Below, in pieces: positions 1-11,342 of a stretch of DNA of 64,000 nucleotides. The notes below the pieces were generated by a model that saw only the letters and a program-made list of their open reading frames with translations, was not told the DNA's origin and did not search any database. Position 1 is the stretch's first letter; each line of letters opens with the position of its first letter. Source of the DNA: Macrostomum lignano (Eukaryota); NCBI GenBank assembly GCA_002269645.1, contig NIVC01000501.1:158037-222036 (forward strand), written 5' to 3'. Position numbers and translations under genes: made by a program.

Positions 1-518
1 AAGAGAAGATAGAAGTTTCAAAGGATACAAGGGACATAGGGAGAGGCAGAGATAGAGGCCAGAGTTTTCCTGACATTCTATGCAGCTTCCCAGCCAACAA
101 TATCAATGTTTGCCTCAAATCCTAATTTTACACAAATGTACTCTATTTTATGTTTAGCTCTATATCAACTAATAAATGTTAATCTCAATATATGCAAAAA
201 TAGTTCCGGGGATTGAAATTCTGAGGGTTCAAAATCTGCGGGTTTTAACAGCTTGTATTATTATAATAGACATAATATTATTACAAAAATATGCAAAATT
301 TAAGACATAAGTTACTTAAGTTACTTAACGTTAACTTTTTATTACTTGACAAATTTCTAAAAGATGCCTTTTACCAAGGAAAATGAGATCAATAATAGGC
401 CCTTTTGCCTTGGCTTAGGATAGGTTGAACTTTTAAAATCTCATTAGATTAAAGTTCTATTAAAATATTGAAAATGAAAAACATTTAAATAAAGTAATAA
501 AACAATTTTACCTCTTAC

Positions 519-742
519 CTGTGCTTATCACTCTTTGAATGATAATCTTTTTTAGATTTCTTTTTATTAGACTTTTTAGATTTTTTTTGCTTATGATCAT
601 TTCTAGGCCTAGAGTCTTTATCTTTATAGTAAGATCTGTCCTCATAGGCTTCTTTTTCCTTTTCTCTCTCATCAAAGCTGTCATTAGCTTTTGTTTTTTT
701 GCTCCTAGAATAGCCTGGACTACGACTTCTAGACCGACCCAT
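519..742 (-). CDS. Partial gene: exon encoding an RS-dipeptide/Lys-rich N-terminus (MGRSRSRSP...), probably a nuclear or splicing-associated protein continuing toward or past the left edge
   Basis: ATG at 742, open frame to a strong donor AG|GTAAGA at 518. Low-complexity RS/K/D composition. No downstream exon could be linked with confidence. Confidence 0.4.
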
Positions 743-1733
743 TTAGAATCAGTGGTCTAGACTTCTGTTCTAGCCTATTACTTTTAAAGTGTACAAACTT
801 AATTATTTAATTTATTTGTTACACAGCAAACGACATATAAAACGAGAAATCAGCTCCAGCAATGCTTAGCAAAAGAAAAGGTCTTCTGTTATGCGTGGTC
901 TTCTTCGCTCGATCGGGTAGATAAATAAAATTCAGTCTGAGACGCTTGCAGCTAGCTGCTGATCCAGCTAGTAAAATGTAAAATAAAAATTCTGAACATG
1001 ATGCTGACACAAAACCACAAAAGTTCTGTGTTCTCCTCGTTAAATTTATTTATTACATATCTTTTTTGTCTATAAAAGACAGTCTTGCGCTTATGTAACA
1101 TGGTTATTGTGTTTTAACGTGTAGCATTTAGAATGTTTGAATTTTTATAAGAAATGTTAAATGTTTCGAAGAATAACGCACATAAAAAAGGTTAACATTT
1201 CAAAGGCATGTTGTATTGTTGTGTTGTGTAGATAATTTTTTTCGATTCTTTTGGCCATGCTGTAGAAGGTATCCAGTGAATCCGGCGACAGGACGATCCA
1301 GCGACAGACGATGCGGCGACAGTCAATCTGGCGACAAGGAAGGTGTAGTAAAAAGCTATAGGCCTAAGGCCTACATGTACTATGTATATGTAAATCGGCT
1401 ATAGGCATTTGAACATATTAATATTATAGAGCTTTGATTGTTATAACTACTAATAGTTGTTGCTTTTGTTAATAATAATAACTACTTTTTATTTTAATAG
1501 AGTATGCAAAAATAGTTCCGAGAATTGCAAATTTGAATTGGATTGCATTGAATTGGTCCAATTGGAGTGTGGGTTGGTTCAAAATGCGCAGGTTTTAATA
1601 GCTTGTTTTTTAACCTGTATAACTTTCGCCAACACATTTTCAGACACATCTTCCAAAAATTTTTTACAACACTTAAAATGTCACAAAAAGTTTTGGAAGA
1701 TGTGTTGGCAAAAGTTAGGGCTAACCTAACCAT

Positions 1734-2389
1734 CATGGACGGCGGGATGGGAGATTGTGGCACCAGGGGCCCCCCAGAAAATTAGTCCACGTGCCATAGT
1801 CAGGAAGGTGGCCTTTTTTGTCGAAAATTCTGGCGTGCATAGGCATAGCCAAAGATATTTGGCATACATTCGGCGTACATTTGGTCTGCCTTGCAACAGT
1901 TGGCGTACATTCAGCATATGCCATGTATGCCGCAAATATGTGGCATGATATGGGATATAAGGTTGGCATATGAGGCAGTGCTAATTCTCTATTATGTCTA
2001 TCGTATAGTCTTATTTAAATCTCTGCCAAAACTTTATGGTAATTTAAAATGGTCATTTTAATTTTAACATCTTCAGTTAAACAAATTCAGCGTCCTAAAA
2101 AGCTGATAAACAATTAACTAATCAGCGTGCATGGGTGCATTACGGTAGGGCCTATATTCGGCGTGCATTACGGTATATTCGGCATACATATGGTTACATT
2201 TGGCGTACATAGGTAGCCCTGCCCGAATTTCATTCCGGCGTACACATGCCACCTTCCTGACTATGGTCCACGTGGTAATTTTTTGTGTTTTTCTGATTTT
2301 AGGTCCTAATTAGCAGCTTATAAAGGTACCTGTGCCCCCCTTGCCCTGTGTCTAGTGTCCCCCTTAAATATTGGGCTCCACCGTCCCTG
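1734..2389. mobile_element. Older hAT-type MITE enclosing the 473-bp MITE
   Basis: Imperfect TIRs CATGGACGGCGG / CAGGGACGGTGG (10/12). Flanks CTAACCAT vs CTGACAAT (6/8), a possible decayed TSD. Confidence 0.4.
1794..2266. mobile_element. 473-bp non-autonomous DNA transposon (MITE), 8-bp TSD class
   Basis: Perfect 19-bp TIRs CCATAGTCAGGAAGGTGGC (1794-1812 / 2248-2266). Identical 8-bp flanks TCCACGTG (1786-1793, 2267-2274). Repeated internal GGCGTACAT-like motifs near both ends. Confidence 0.9.
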
Positions 2390-4830
2390 CTGACAATTTG
2401 TGAAATGACACTTTTAAACACTTTCTGCAGCATTAATTTAAGTGTTGGAAGATGTGTCTGAAAATATGTTGGCAAAAGTTAATTGTTAAACAACATTTTG
2501 CAACATTTTAAGTCTGCAAAATATGGTGTTTTCTTATAATGATAGCCTAGGCCTAATATTGCTTAAAAAATGGGAAACTGCATTAAATTGATGCATTTTT
2601 AATTTTTACTAAATGTGTCTCATGCCTACATGTTTTATAGGCCTAATCAGATACATTATATTTAAATTAAAGATTTGATATAATGTGACACTCTAAATTA
2701 GGTCTATGTCAGAAGTACTGCCATAATTTATACCATTTTTCAGAAAAGATATTGGCCATTGCCCATCCTAAAGTGAATTGTCTACATATAAAATTAAAAA
2801 CTATATTCATATAAAGTTTTGTTTATATCTAAAATCCATAAAATCTAGAATACAAAATCTTTTGCTAGATTGTCTTTTGCCAATTTGATTGTTGCCAAAT
2901 TGTCTATTGCTAGATTGTCTTGTTGCCAGATCGACTGGCAGCCCTATAGAATTATTGTAATTTTTTAGCTAGGCCTATGCTCTGCTCTAAGTGTATTGGT
3001 CTATTGTCAAGGTCCTGCTACATTTTAGTTTATAACTTTTGTTTCCATTGTCTGTTTTTAATAATGTTAAAGTTAAAATATAAAGAGAGAATTGCTGCTA
3101 TAAATCTATGCAAAATAATATTATTTGGATCAGCAGAACAAGAAATATAATGAAAAGTAAAATTACTTTTTGGATAGCCTTTGTAAATATATTATATATA
3201 AACAATAAAATTGTTATAGGCTATGCCCATGAAACATCTTACATTAAGTCTTTAAATAAATTTTTTGTTTCACTTTTTGTTTCCTAATTAATGTTTCTTC
3301 TTAGCTAGCTTGTCCTTTATCTTTTCTAAGTTCCTTTTCTTCACTTGCCAAGATAGCATCTTCTGTTTGTACTTGCTCATCAAGGCATTATACTTCTGCT
3401 CATCAAGGCATTAGACTTCTTTGGCTCTAGTTCTAATAGCCAATTTTTCTTCCAAATTTCTGCTGACTCCTTATCCTCATCTCTAGCACTGCTTGTGCTG
3501 ACAGCTTTCTGAGCAGTTTGTTGGGCAATTTGCCAAAAAGCTTGACTTAACAAACAATATACAAACCATACAAAATATGATAATAGTTTAACTATATACC
3601 ATTATTAACAAAAAGAGGCAATTGCAACCAAATACTCGTAATTAGACTGCCAAGCTAGAAAATGTAGAAGTAAAACTATATAGAATAAAATGCAGAAATG
3701 CAAAATCTAAGACCCCTTTGTGTATACCAGAATTTTCTTTTGAAAAGTCCATTTTCCATTGTATGTTCTATATGTTTCCATTATGCATATGGCTTAATTT
3801 CATTTTATTCTAATAAAACAATATGATAATTGCAAAATTTAGGCTACCTAGTTTGTTGTATACCATTTTCATATTCTTGTTGCAAATTATGTACACAAGT
3901 AGTTAATGTTATTCCAGTTTACATGTATAATTTAAAAATCTAAAAAGTTTTGATTGCATATCTATGTTATAGCCTAAAATTTTATATTTTGTACCATTTT
4001 TTACCATCTTTATCATTTTTTACCATTACCATTTACCATTTTTACCATTTTTATATTGTACTAGTCTTCAAGATAGACTTATAATATATCCCTAAAAGGG
4101 TCTTAGGCATGTATAGGCCCAAAGCTATCTTAAAGCTTATTGGTATTAAATTTGGGGATCACAAAAATAAATGATCTTTTTATTGAAATAAGACTCTAGT
4201 CTTTAAAAAAGTATTATGCTAATGACCATGATTAACAAAGTGACCTATGTTTACTAGAATCAATTTTTTAAAAGATTACCTAAGAGAAGGTAGGATAATA
4301 AAATTCAAAATCTAAAAATGTATATTTAAAAATCTAAACTTAACTAAAAACTGAAAAAAAAACTGCAATTTATCTTTGGTCCACCAAAATTTATGCTAGC
4401 CAGACCAACTTTGTTGGTTACCAGTGCCAAAGGTATATAAAATCCTCCTCCCCAAAAAATGAAGAGAAAAGGGACAACAAAAGAGCAAGGCAAAGAAAAA
4501 ACAAATCAAAGATGCATTAGAAAAAATATAAAAGTCAACTGTACTACTGAAGCAAACTAAGTTGCAAACAACTAGTATAGGTTGGAGAAGTTTTCCAAAT
4601 ATGACCTAGCTTGTAACCCCCAAATGAAAAAACCCCAATACAGCACTAAATTGCTTCCTATAGTATTAGTTAGGATTTAAACCTTAAGCAAGGCAAAAAT
4701 TGCATAAATTAGATTGACCTTGATGACACCTATACTCATACTCGTACTAGGTGAATTGTTTATCTACAGTCTTAATCTACTGCTTTAGGTTAATGGATGC
4801 TTGCTTATAATATTCCAGAGCGCCACTCCA

Positions 4831-7800
4831 ATGGAGCGCATGCAGAACTGCATAACAGATAGTAATAGTCCAAATGATGATCATTGGATGACATTAGACG
4901 GTCCAGCAATGAGCGGTGGCGGTGTTAAACATGCCGTGCATTGGTTTCGCAGAGATCTTCGACTACACGACAATGCCTCATTGTTGGCTGCAGCTCGTCA
5001 GGCAGACAGTTTGCGCTGCGTATTCCTGCTAGATTGTCAGCTTGAACGGCATCAGCAGCATCGATACCTGGCGGCTAATAAATGGCGCTTCCTGGTTGAT
5101 TGTCTGCGCGATCTTGACGAGTCGTTGAGACGATTAGGCTCCAGATTATTTGTTGTTCGCGGCCAACCTTTGGAAGCGTTTAGGCGTCTGCTGCCGCTAT
5201 GGGGAGCCAGTCATTTGAGCTTTGAAGAGGATTGTACACCTTTGGGTAGGGATAGAGACTCGGCTGTTACTAAACTGGCGCACGAGTTGGGCGTTACTGT
5301 GCTGCGCGGCTGTTCTCAAACTCTTTATAGTCAGCAGGTGCTCATGCAGGTGAGCGGTTGTGCCATTCTGATCTGCTTTTTAGGTGCGGAATTTCGAATT
5401 TGAAAGAAACAATGAAAGATCCACGATGTTTAGGTTTGAAGGTGAGGGACTGGGGGTTTCGGGATTCAAGGTGAGGGACTCGAGTTTTCGGGATTGAAGG
5501 TGAGGGACTCGGGGTTTCGGGATTGTAGGTGAGGTACTCGGGTTTCGGGATTGAAGGTGAGGGACTCGAGGTTTCGGGATTGAAGGTGAGGTACTCGGGG
5601 TTTCGGGATTGAAGGTGAGGGACTCGAGGTTTCGGGATTGAAGGTGAGGTACTCGGGGTTTCGGGATTGAAGGTGAGGTACTCGGGGTTTCGGGATTGAA
5701 GGTGAGGGACTCGGGGTTTCGGGATTGAAGGTGAGGGACTCGAGGTTTCGGGATTGAAGGTGAGGGACTCGAGGTTTCGGGATTGAAGGTGAGGTACTCG
5801 AGGTTTCGGGATTGAAGGTGAGGGACTCGGGGTTTCGGGATTGAAGATGAGGTACTCGAGGTTTCGGGATTGAAGGTGAGGGACTCGAGGTTTCGGGATT
5901 GAAGGTGAGGGACTCGAGGTTTGGGATTGATTGAAGGGGAATCTGAGGTTTGAGAGCTAAGGTGTGGGACTGAATATCTGGTGCGGGTACTCAAGAGGGT
6001 AGACTAAAACCGTCAGGCGAGCTGCTACATTGCCTTACGTTGATACAAGTATAAGCTAAAATATGAATAACTATCAGGATATATGATGTAACATATTTCT
6101 CCAGCTGTGCTAAACACATTCAGCTTTTATCAAACACCAATATAGCCACCGTTCTGACCTAACAACAGGCCTCTGGCGGTGAACTGCCGTTGACTTTTGC
6201 TAAATTTCACCGCCTCCTACTGACCGTGGGCCCGCCGCCGGCGCCCTGTCCCAGCCTCCAAGATGAAGCTGCTACGCTGCCGCCGCCTCCGCCGCCGCTG
6301 ACACCTCAGTTGCATCCAGGCTTTCACCGGGGCCTCAGCAACAGCTTTAGTAATAATAATAAAACCAGTAGTAGTAGTAACGGCAATACCTGCAATGCCG
6401 CTTCATTTATTGACGAAGACGCTTTCAACTTGCCGACGCTAGGCGAATTGGGATTGGACCAAGACGAGGCCAATTATCAGCCAACACCTGTGCTAATTAG
6501 AGGCGGCGAGACTGAAGCCCTGGCCAGGCTCACTCGCCACATGGAGCGCCGATCCTGGGTGGCCACCTACGGTGACAAGCCTCGCTATCAGAGCCAATTA
6601 TTAATGCCGTCTGGCACTTGCTTATCAAGTCACCTGGCTTTCGGCTGTTTGTCGCCTAAATTAGTCTACGCCCAATTAACTGATCTTTATCGAAAGATCA
6701 AAGGCGGCTCGTCCGCGCAGCCGCCGCCGTTGCACATCTATGGCGAATTATTATGGCGCGAGTATCTTTATTTGACCGCGCACGCTAATCCGAATTTTGA
6801 TCGATTAGAAGGCAATCCAATGTGCTTGCCGATACCCTGGTGTCGGGATCAAGCCGCTTTTGGCGTCTGGTCAAACGCCCGGACTGGGGTGCCCTGGATT
6901 GACGCAATTATGACTCAGATCAGATTGGAAGGCTGGGCACATCCATATTGCCGGTATTCGGCTGTGGCTTTTTTAACTAGAGGCCATCTGTTTCAGGTTA
7001 GTTCTGCCAAATAAGCTGTTGGTATGCGTAATTTCATCTGCTAGAAGCTTATAATCACACCGTATCCTACCTTGATATGGGAGCTTAATCCCACACTAGA
7101 TCCCATCTTGATATGGGAGCTTAATCCCACACTAGATCCCATCTTGATATGGGAGCTTAATCCCACACTAGATCCCATCTTGATATGGGAGCTTAATCCC
7201 ACACTACATATAGATCCCATATTGATATGGGAGCTTAATCCCACACTAGATCCCATCTTGATATGGGAGCTTAATCCCACACTAGATCCCATCTTGATAT
7301 GGGAGCTTAATCCCACACTACATATAGATCCCATATTGATATGGGAGCTTAATCCCACACTAGATCCCATCTTGATATGGGAGCTTAATCCCACACTAGA
7401 TCCCATCTTGATATGGGAGCTTAATCCCACACTAGATCCCATCTTGATATGGGAGCTTAATCCCACACTAGATCCCATCTTGATATGGGAGCTTAATCCC
7501 ACACTACATATAGATCCCATATTGATATGGGAGCTTAATCCCACACTAGATCCCATCTTGATATGGGAGCTTAATCCCACACTAGATCCCATCTTGATAT
7601 GGGAGCTTAATCCCACACTACATATAGATCCCATATTGATATGGGAGCTTAATCCCACACTAGATCCCATCTTGATATGGGAGCTTAATCCCACACTAGA
7701 TCCCATCTTGATATGGGAGCTTAATCCCACACTACATATAGATCCCATATTGATATGGGAGCTTAATCCCACACTAGATCCCATCTTGATATGGGAGCTT

Positions 7801-9658
7801 AATCCCACACTAGATCCCATCTTGATATGGGAGCTTAATCCCACACTACATATAGATCCCATATTGATATGGGACCTTAATCCCACACTACATCCCATCT
7901 TGATATGGGAGCTTAATCCCACACTTAATCACATATTGATATTGGAGCTTAATCCCACACTAGATCCCATCTTGATATGGGAGCTTAATCCCACACTAGA
8001 TCCCATCTTGATATGGGAGCTTAATCCCACACTAGATCCCATCTTGATATGGGAGCTTAATCCCACACTAGATCCCATCTTGATATGGGAGCTTAATCCC
8101 ACACTACATATAGATCCCATATTGATATGGGAGCTTAATCCCACACTAGATCCCATCTTGATATGGGAGCTTAATCCCACCCTACATATAGATCCCATAT
8201 TGATATGGGAGCTTAATCCCACACTAGATCCCATATTGATATGGTAGCTTAATCCCACACTTAATCACATCTTGATATGGAAGCTTAATCCCATATTGTT
8301 ATACTGAAAAAAATTAAACTTTTCTCCTAGAACTGGGAAGACGGTGCCAAGCTATTTGAGCAGCTTCTTATTGACGCCGAATGGCCAACTAACAACGGCT
8401 TGTGGCTCTGGATGTCTGGCAGCGCTTTCTTTCAGGCATTCGGCTGCGCCTATTCGCCTGTGGTTGCCGGCCGGAAGCTTGATCCGCAGGTAAGCTTGGT
8501 GTGATTTTCATTCATTCAATTTTATCCATTGAAAGCGTTACCGGCGTGACAAAAATCGCTAAAATTAAAGTCATTGCAAAAAATCACTGGTGACTCTAGC
8601 GACTTTGGGGCGACTCTAATGACTTTTTAATGGCTCAAACGACTGTAATCCAGCGGAGAGACGACTGTTCAGTCACGAGCGCATCATTTGACTTGTAGAA
8701 TCGTAAAATAGCGGCGAAAAGTCGTCCAGGCGCTTAACTTGCTGCTAACTCAAGTAGACTAGATAGGGTTGTTATACTAGAAATCAGCGTCCCCGTTGGG
8801 GAGCCAACGAGGAATTAAATACATTTTTTAATAAACTACGTACATGTAGCTTATGACTTCATCCTTGACATCTTAGCCTCCCCTCGCATCAGCCTTGACA
8901 TCTCAACAATCCCCCCGTACATGTAAGCCTTGACTCTCACATCTGACATGACGCTTTATGTCACTTTTTTCAATATGCTTATATCTTTGACATGACGTTT
9001 ATTTTATTTTTTCGTGACGCTTCTTTCATACGAAACTCGGTGATTCTACAGCAACTCTAGCACGCCTCAGATACGACTGTACAGCCCCAGAGTCATTGCA
9101 GAAGCGCCTTTCAGCGTTGCAGATAAAAAAACGCCTCAAATATTCGGCAAAACTAATCGTGTATTTCAGGGCGACTACATCCGTCACTACCTGCCGCAGC
9201 TGGCCCGCCTGCCAACCCGCTACCTGCACGAGCCCTGGCTGGCTCCACCGGCTGTACAAGAAGCCGCCGGCTGCATCATCGGTCGGCACTATCCGGCCCC
9301 GATGCTGCCAGATCTCGACGAGGCCGCCGAAAGTTGCGCCAGTCGTCTGCGGGCGGTCTACGCTGCACTGCTGACTCAGTCGGGGACTCCAACTGCGGCT
9401 TCTGCTGCTGCTGCTGCTACTGCTGCTGGCGGTTCCACTCTCGCTTCGATGCAGCCGCCGCCACCACCGCCGCCGTTGACTTCGAGGCCGTCGCGACCGC
9501 CGTTCTCTCAAGCATCGTCGTCGTCGTCGACATCATCGGCTTTGGCGCCGCCGCATTTGACTATGGCGACTGGGGTACAACAGCAGCATCAGCAGCACGC
9601 AGAAGACTTCGTGTTGGACATGCTGGCTTCACCAACTATCGATGATTCTATGGCTTAA
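4831..9658 (+). CDS. cry: Cryptochrome/photolyase family protein, mammalian-type (repressor-type CRY1/2-like), ~664 aa, 4 coding exons
   Basis: Exons 4831-5349, 6169-6996, 8331-8489, 9170-9658 (all GT-AG, phase 0, 1995 nt). Motifs HWFRRDLRLHDN, GGETEALARL, FGCLS, GELLWRE, RTGVPWIDAIMTQ, FLTRG, GDYIRHYLP, EPWLAP, C-terminal helix RLRAVYAAL and a long tail. Start could be 4831 or 4909. Confidence 0.93.
5436..5925. repeat. 29-bp minisatellite in cry intron 1 (GGGGTTTCGGGATTGAAGGTGAGGGACTC), ~16-17 copies
   Basis: Direct tandem units visible; explains the repetitive ORF 5380-5994. Confidence 0.95.
7072..8295. repeat. 36/42-bp minisatellite in cry intron 2 (GATATGGGAGCTTAATCCCACACTA[CATATA]GATCCCATCTT)
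   Basis: About 32 units of two length variants; explains the repetitive ORFs 7041-8258. Confidence 0.95.
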
Positions 9659-11342
9659 GACTGGCTCGTATTGTTTTTTTAATTTGCAAGTTTATTTACT
9701 GCGCTTGAATTTGGGACTTTGAATTAACAAAAGTGCAAAGTTATCACTACGGCTTTAATGAATGCTTAATCTTTAAGAAAATAACCTATTTATAAGTTTT
9801 TTGTCAGTCAGTAATTATTTATTGCCAGTACATCTTTTATCCGTCAATTTTAGCTATAGTTATTCCAACATATTTTTTATGCTACTAGAAGTAATACGGC
9901 GGGACGTTTCGTTTCTAAGATAATAAGGCTTTCGTTTATTAAGAAGCCAACAGCGAGACATGGGGCTTTTAAATATTTTCCAGGAAACAAAACTTTCTTA
10001 GCTATATTGACTTTTTTCGATTTTCTACGGCAACTGAAGAATATCAAAGCAAAGCAGTTTTATGCGATTTAATCCGTCCTAACAATTTTATTTTAAAGTT
10101 CTTTTATTTTATTGGCTCTAACAACTGGTTGGTAATGTCAAACTGAAGAAAATATTTATTAATGCGTTGCTTTTATATATAAGTATCATTTTTGTGCTTT
10201 TATTAGTACATTTATTGATACCATCTGTGATATTAATAAACATTAATAACTATATTTTAGGTATGTGGGCTGGTTTTGGGGTATTTTTCACTACATTGTC
10301 CTTTTCAATTACGCTCTTCCAAGATTCTGATGCGCGTATTTCTTCTTTCATGTTGTTTTTAACTAAGATACTTCCGAAATCACCTATCCATTCTTTTTTG
10401 TTAGTCTTATTCGTTGTATTTTATCATAATTTAAATAAATTCTAATTTTATCTTTTTACCCGGATTAGCTTTTTATTTGCGCTTCATGATTTTGGGTGGT
10501 TGCTATAACTTTGTAAGTAGTATATTACAACTACAAGATTAGTTTTGTCTGGTTGAATCAGAACTACCTGTCAGTCTTACTACATCCCAGAATTATGTTT
10601 TGGTGAGTATAGTGTGGCTTGCCTTATGAAAGGTTGGTCGTTTTTTAATTTTAACGTAAGCTTTTAGCCGTTTTAGAAAATGGAAAAATAAAAATCAAGA
10701 AATTAACACACGAAAGAAACTTGAAGACTATCTATTCGTGCAATAGATGGGCTTTTAGCCCCCCCCCCCTGCCCCTACCCCGATTTTAGTATTACAATCT
10801 ATCTGTTTGTTTTATTTAGTCTGGCTGAGGGTTTTCGATTTTCTACTTTGACCTTTAATTCACACGCCGTCTTATCTTGACTATACATAATATTCCTTCC
10901 CTAGTAGGGGGTTGTTGGTCGGTGCGGCTTATCGATTTTTTATTGGTAGGCGCTTAAGACCAATCCTTAACTTTCTAACCCCCCTCAAACACGACAGTTA
11001 CGCCTTATTATTTAGGGGGTAGGTGGGTGGGTCAGGGAGGCAATTATCGATTTTTTGTTTTGTCGGAAGAACCATTCCACTAAGCTTATCCCCATTTAGT
11101 TGTGGACTTGTGGGAGGCTCAGTGGCTGGCTACTTAATTAGTTTACAGTCTCGATTAAATTTAACACATCCTCTATAGGGGTGGACGTTTAACTATTTTA
11201 TCAAATAAAGGGGAATTTTGATGCAGATTATATTTTAGCAATAAGTGTAGATAAGGCTCAAGACTAGCTTTTAATAGAAAAACATTTTGTCATTGATTTC
11301 AACTTTTCTGAATCCAGCACCAACACTGCAGTAACAGTAATT

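Noticed and set aside
193-1612. Dispersed direct repeat ATGCAAAAATAGTTCCG...GGTTCAAAAT...AGCTTGT at ~193-255 and ~1504-1605 as LTRs
   Set aside because: Short, gapped, no TG...CA ends, PBS or PPT, and no retroviral ORF between them.
7041-8258. Long ORFs on both strands (293, 391, 109 aa)
   Set aside because: Translations of the 36/42-bp array inside cry intron 2; the flanking exons splice in frame without them.
4801-9658. (6-4) photolyase as the call for the cry gene
   Set aside because: The PWIDAIMTQ, RHMERRSWVA and TDLYRKIK signatures and the long tail match CRY1/2 better, and both catalytic His are absent.
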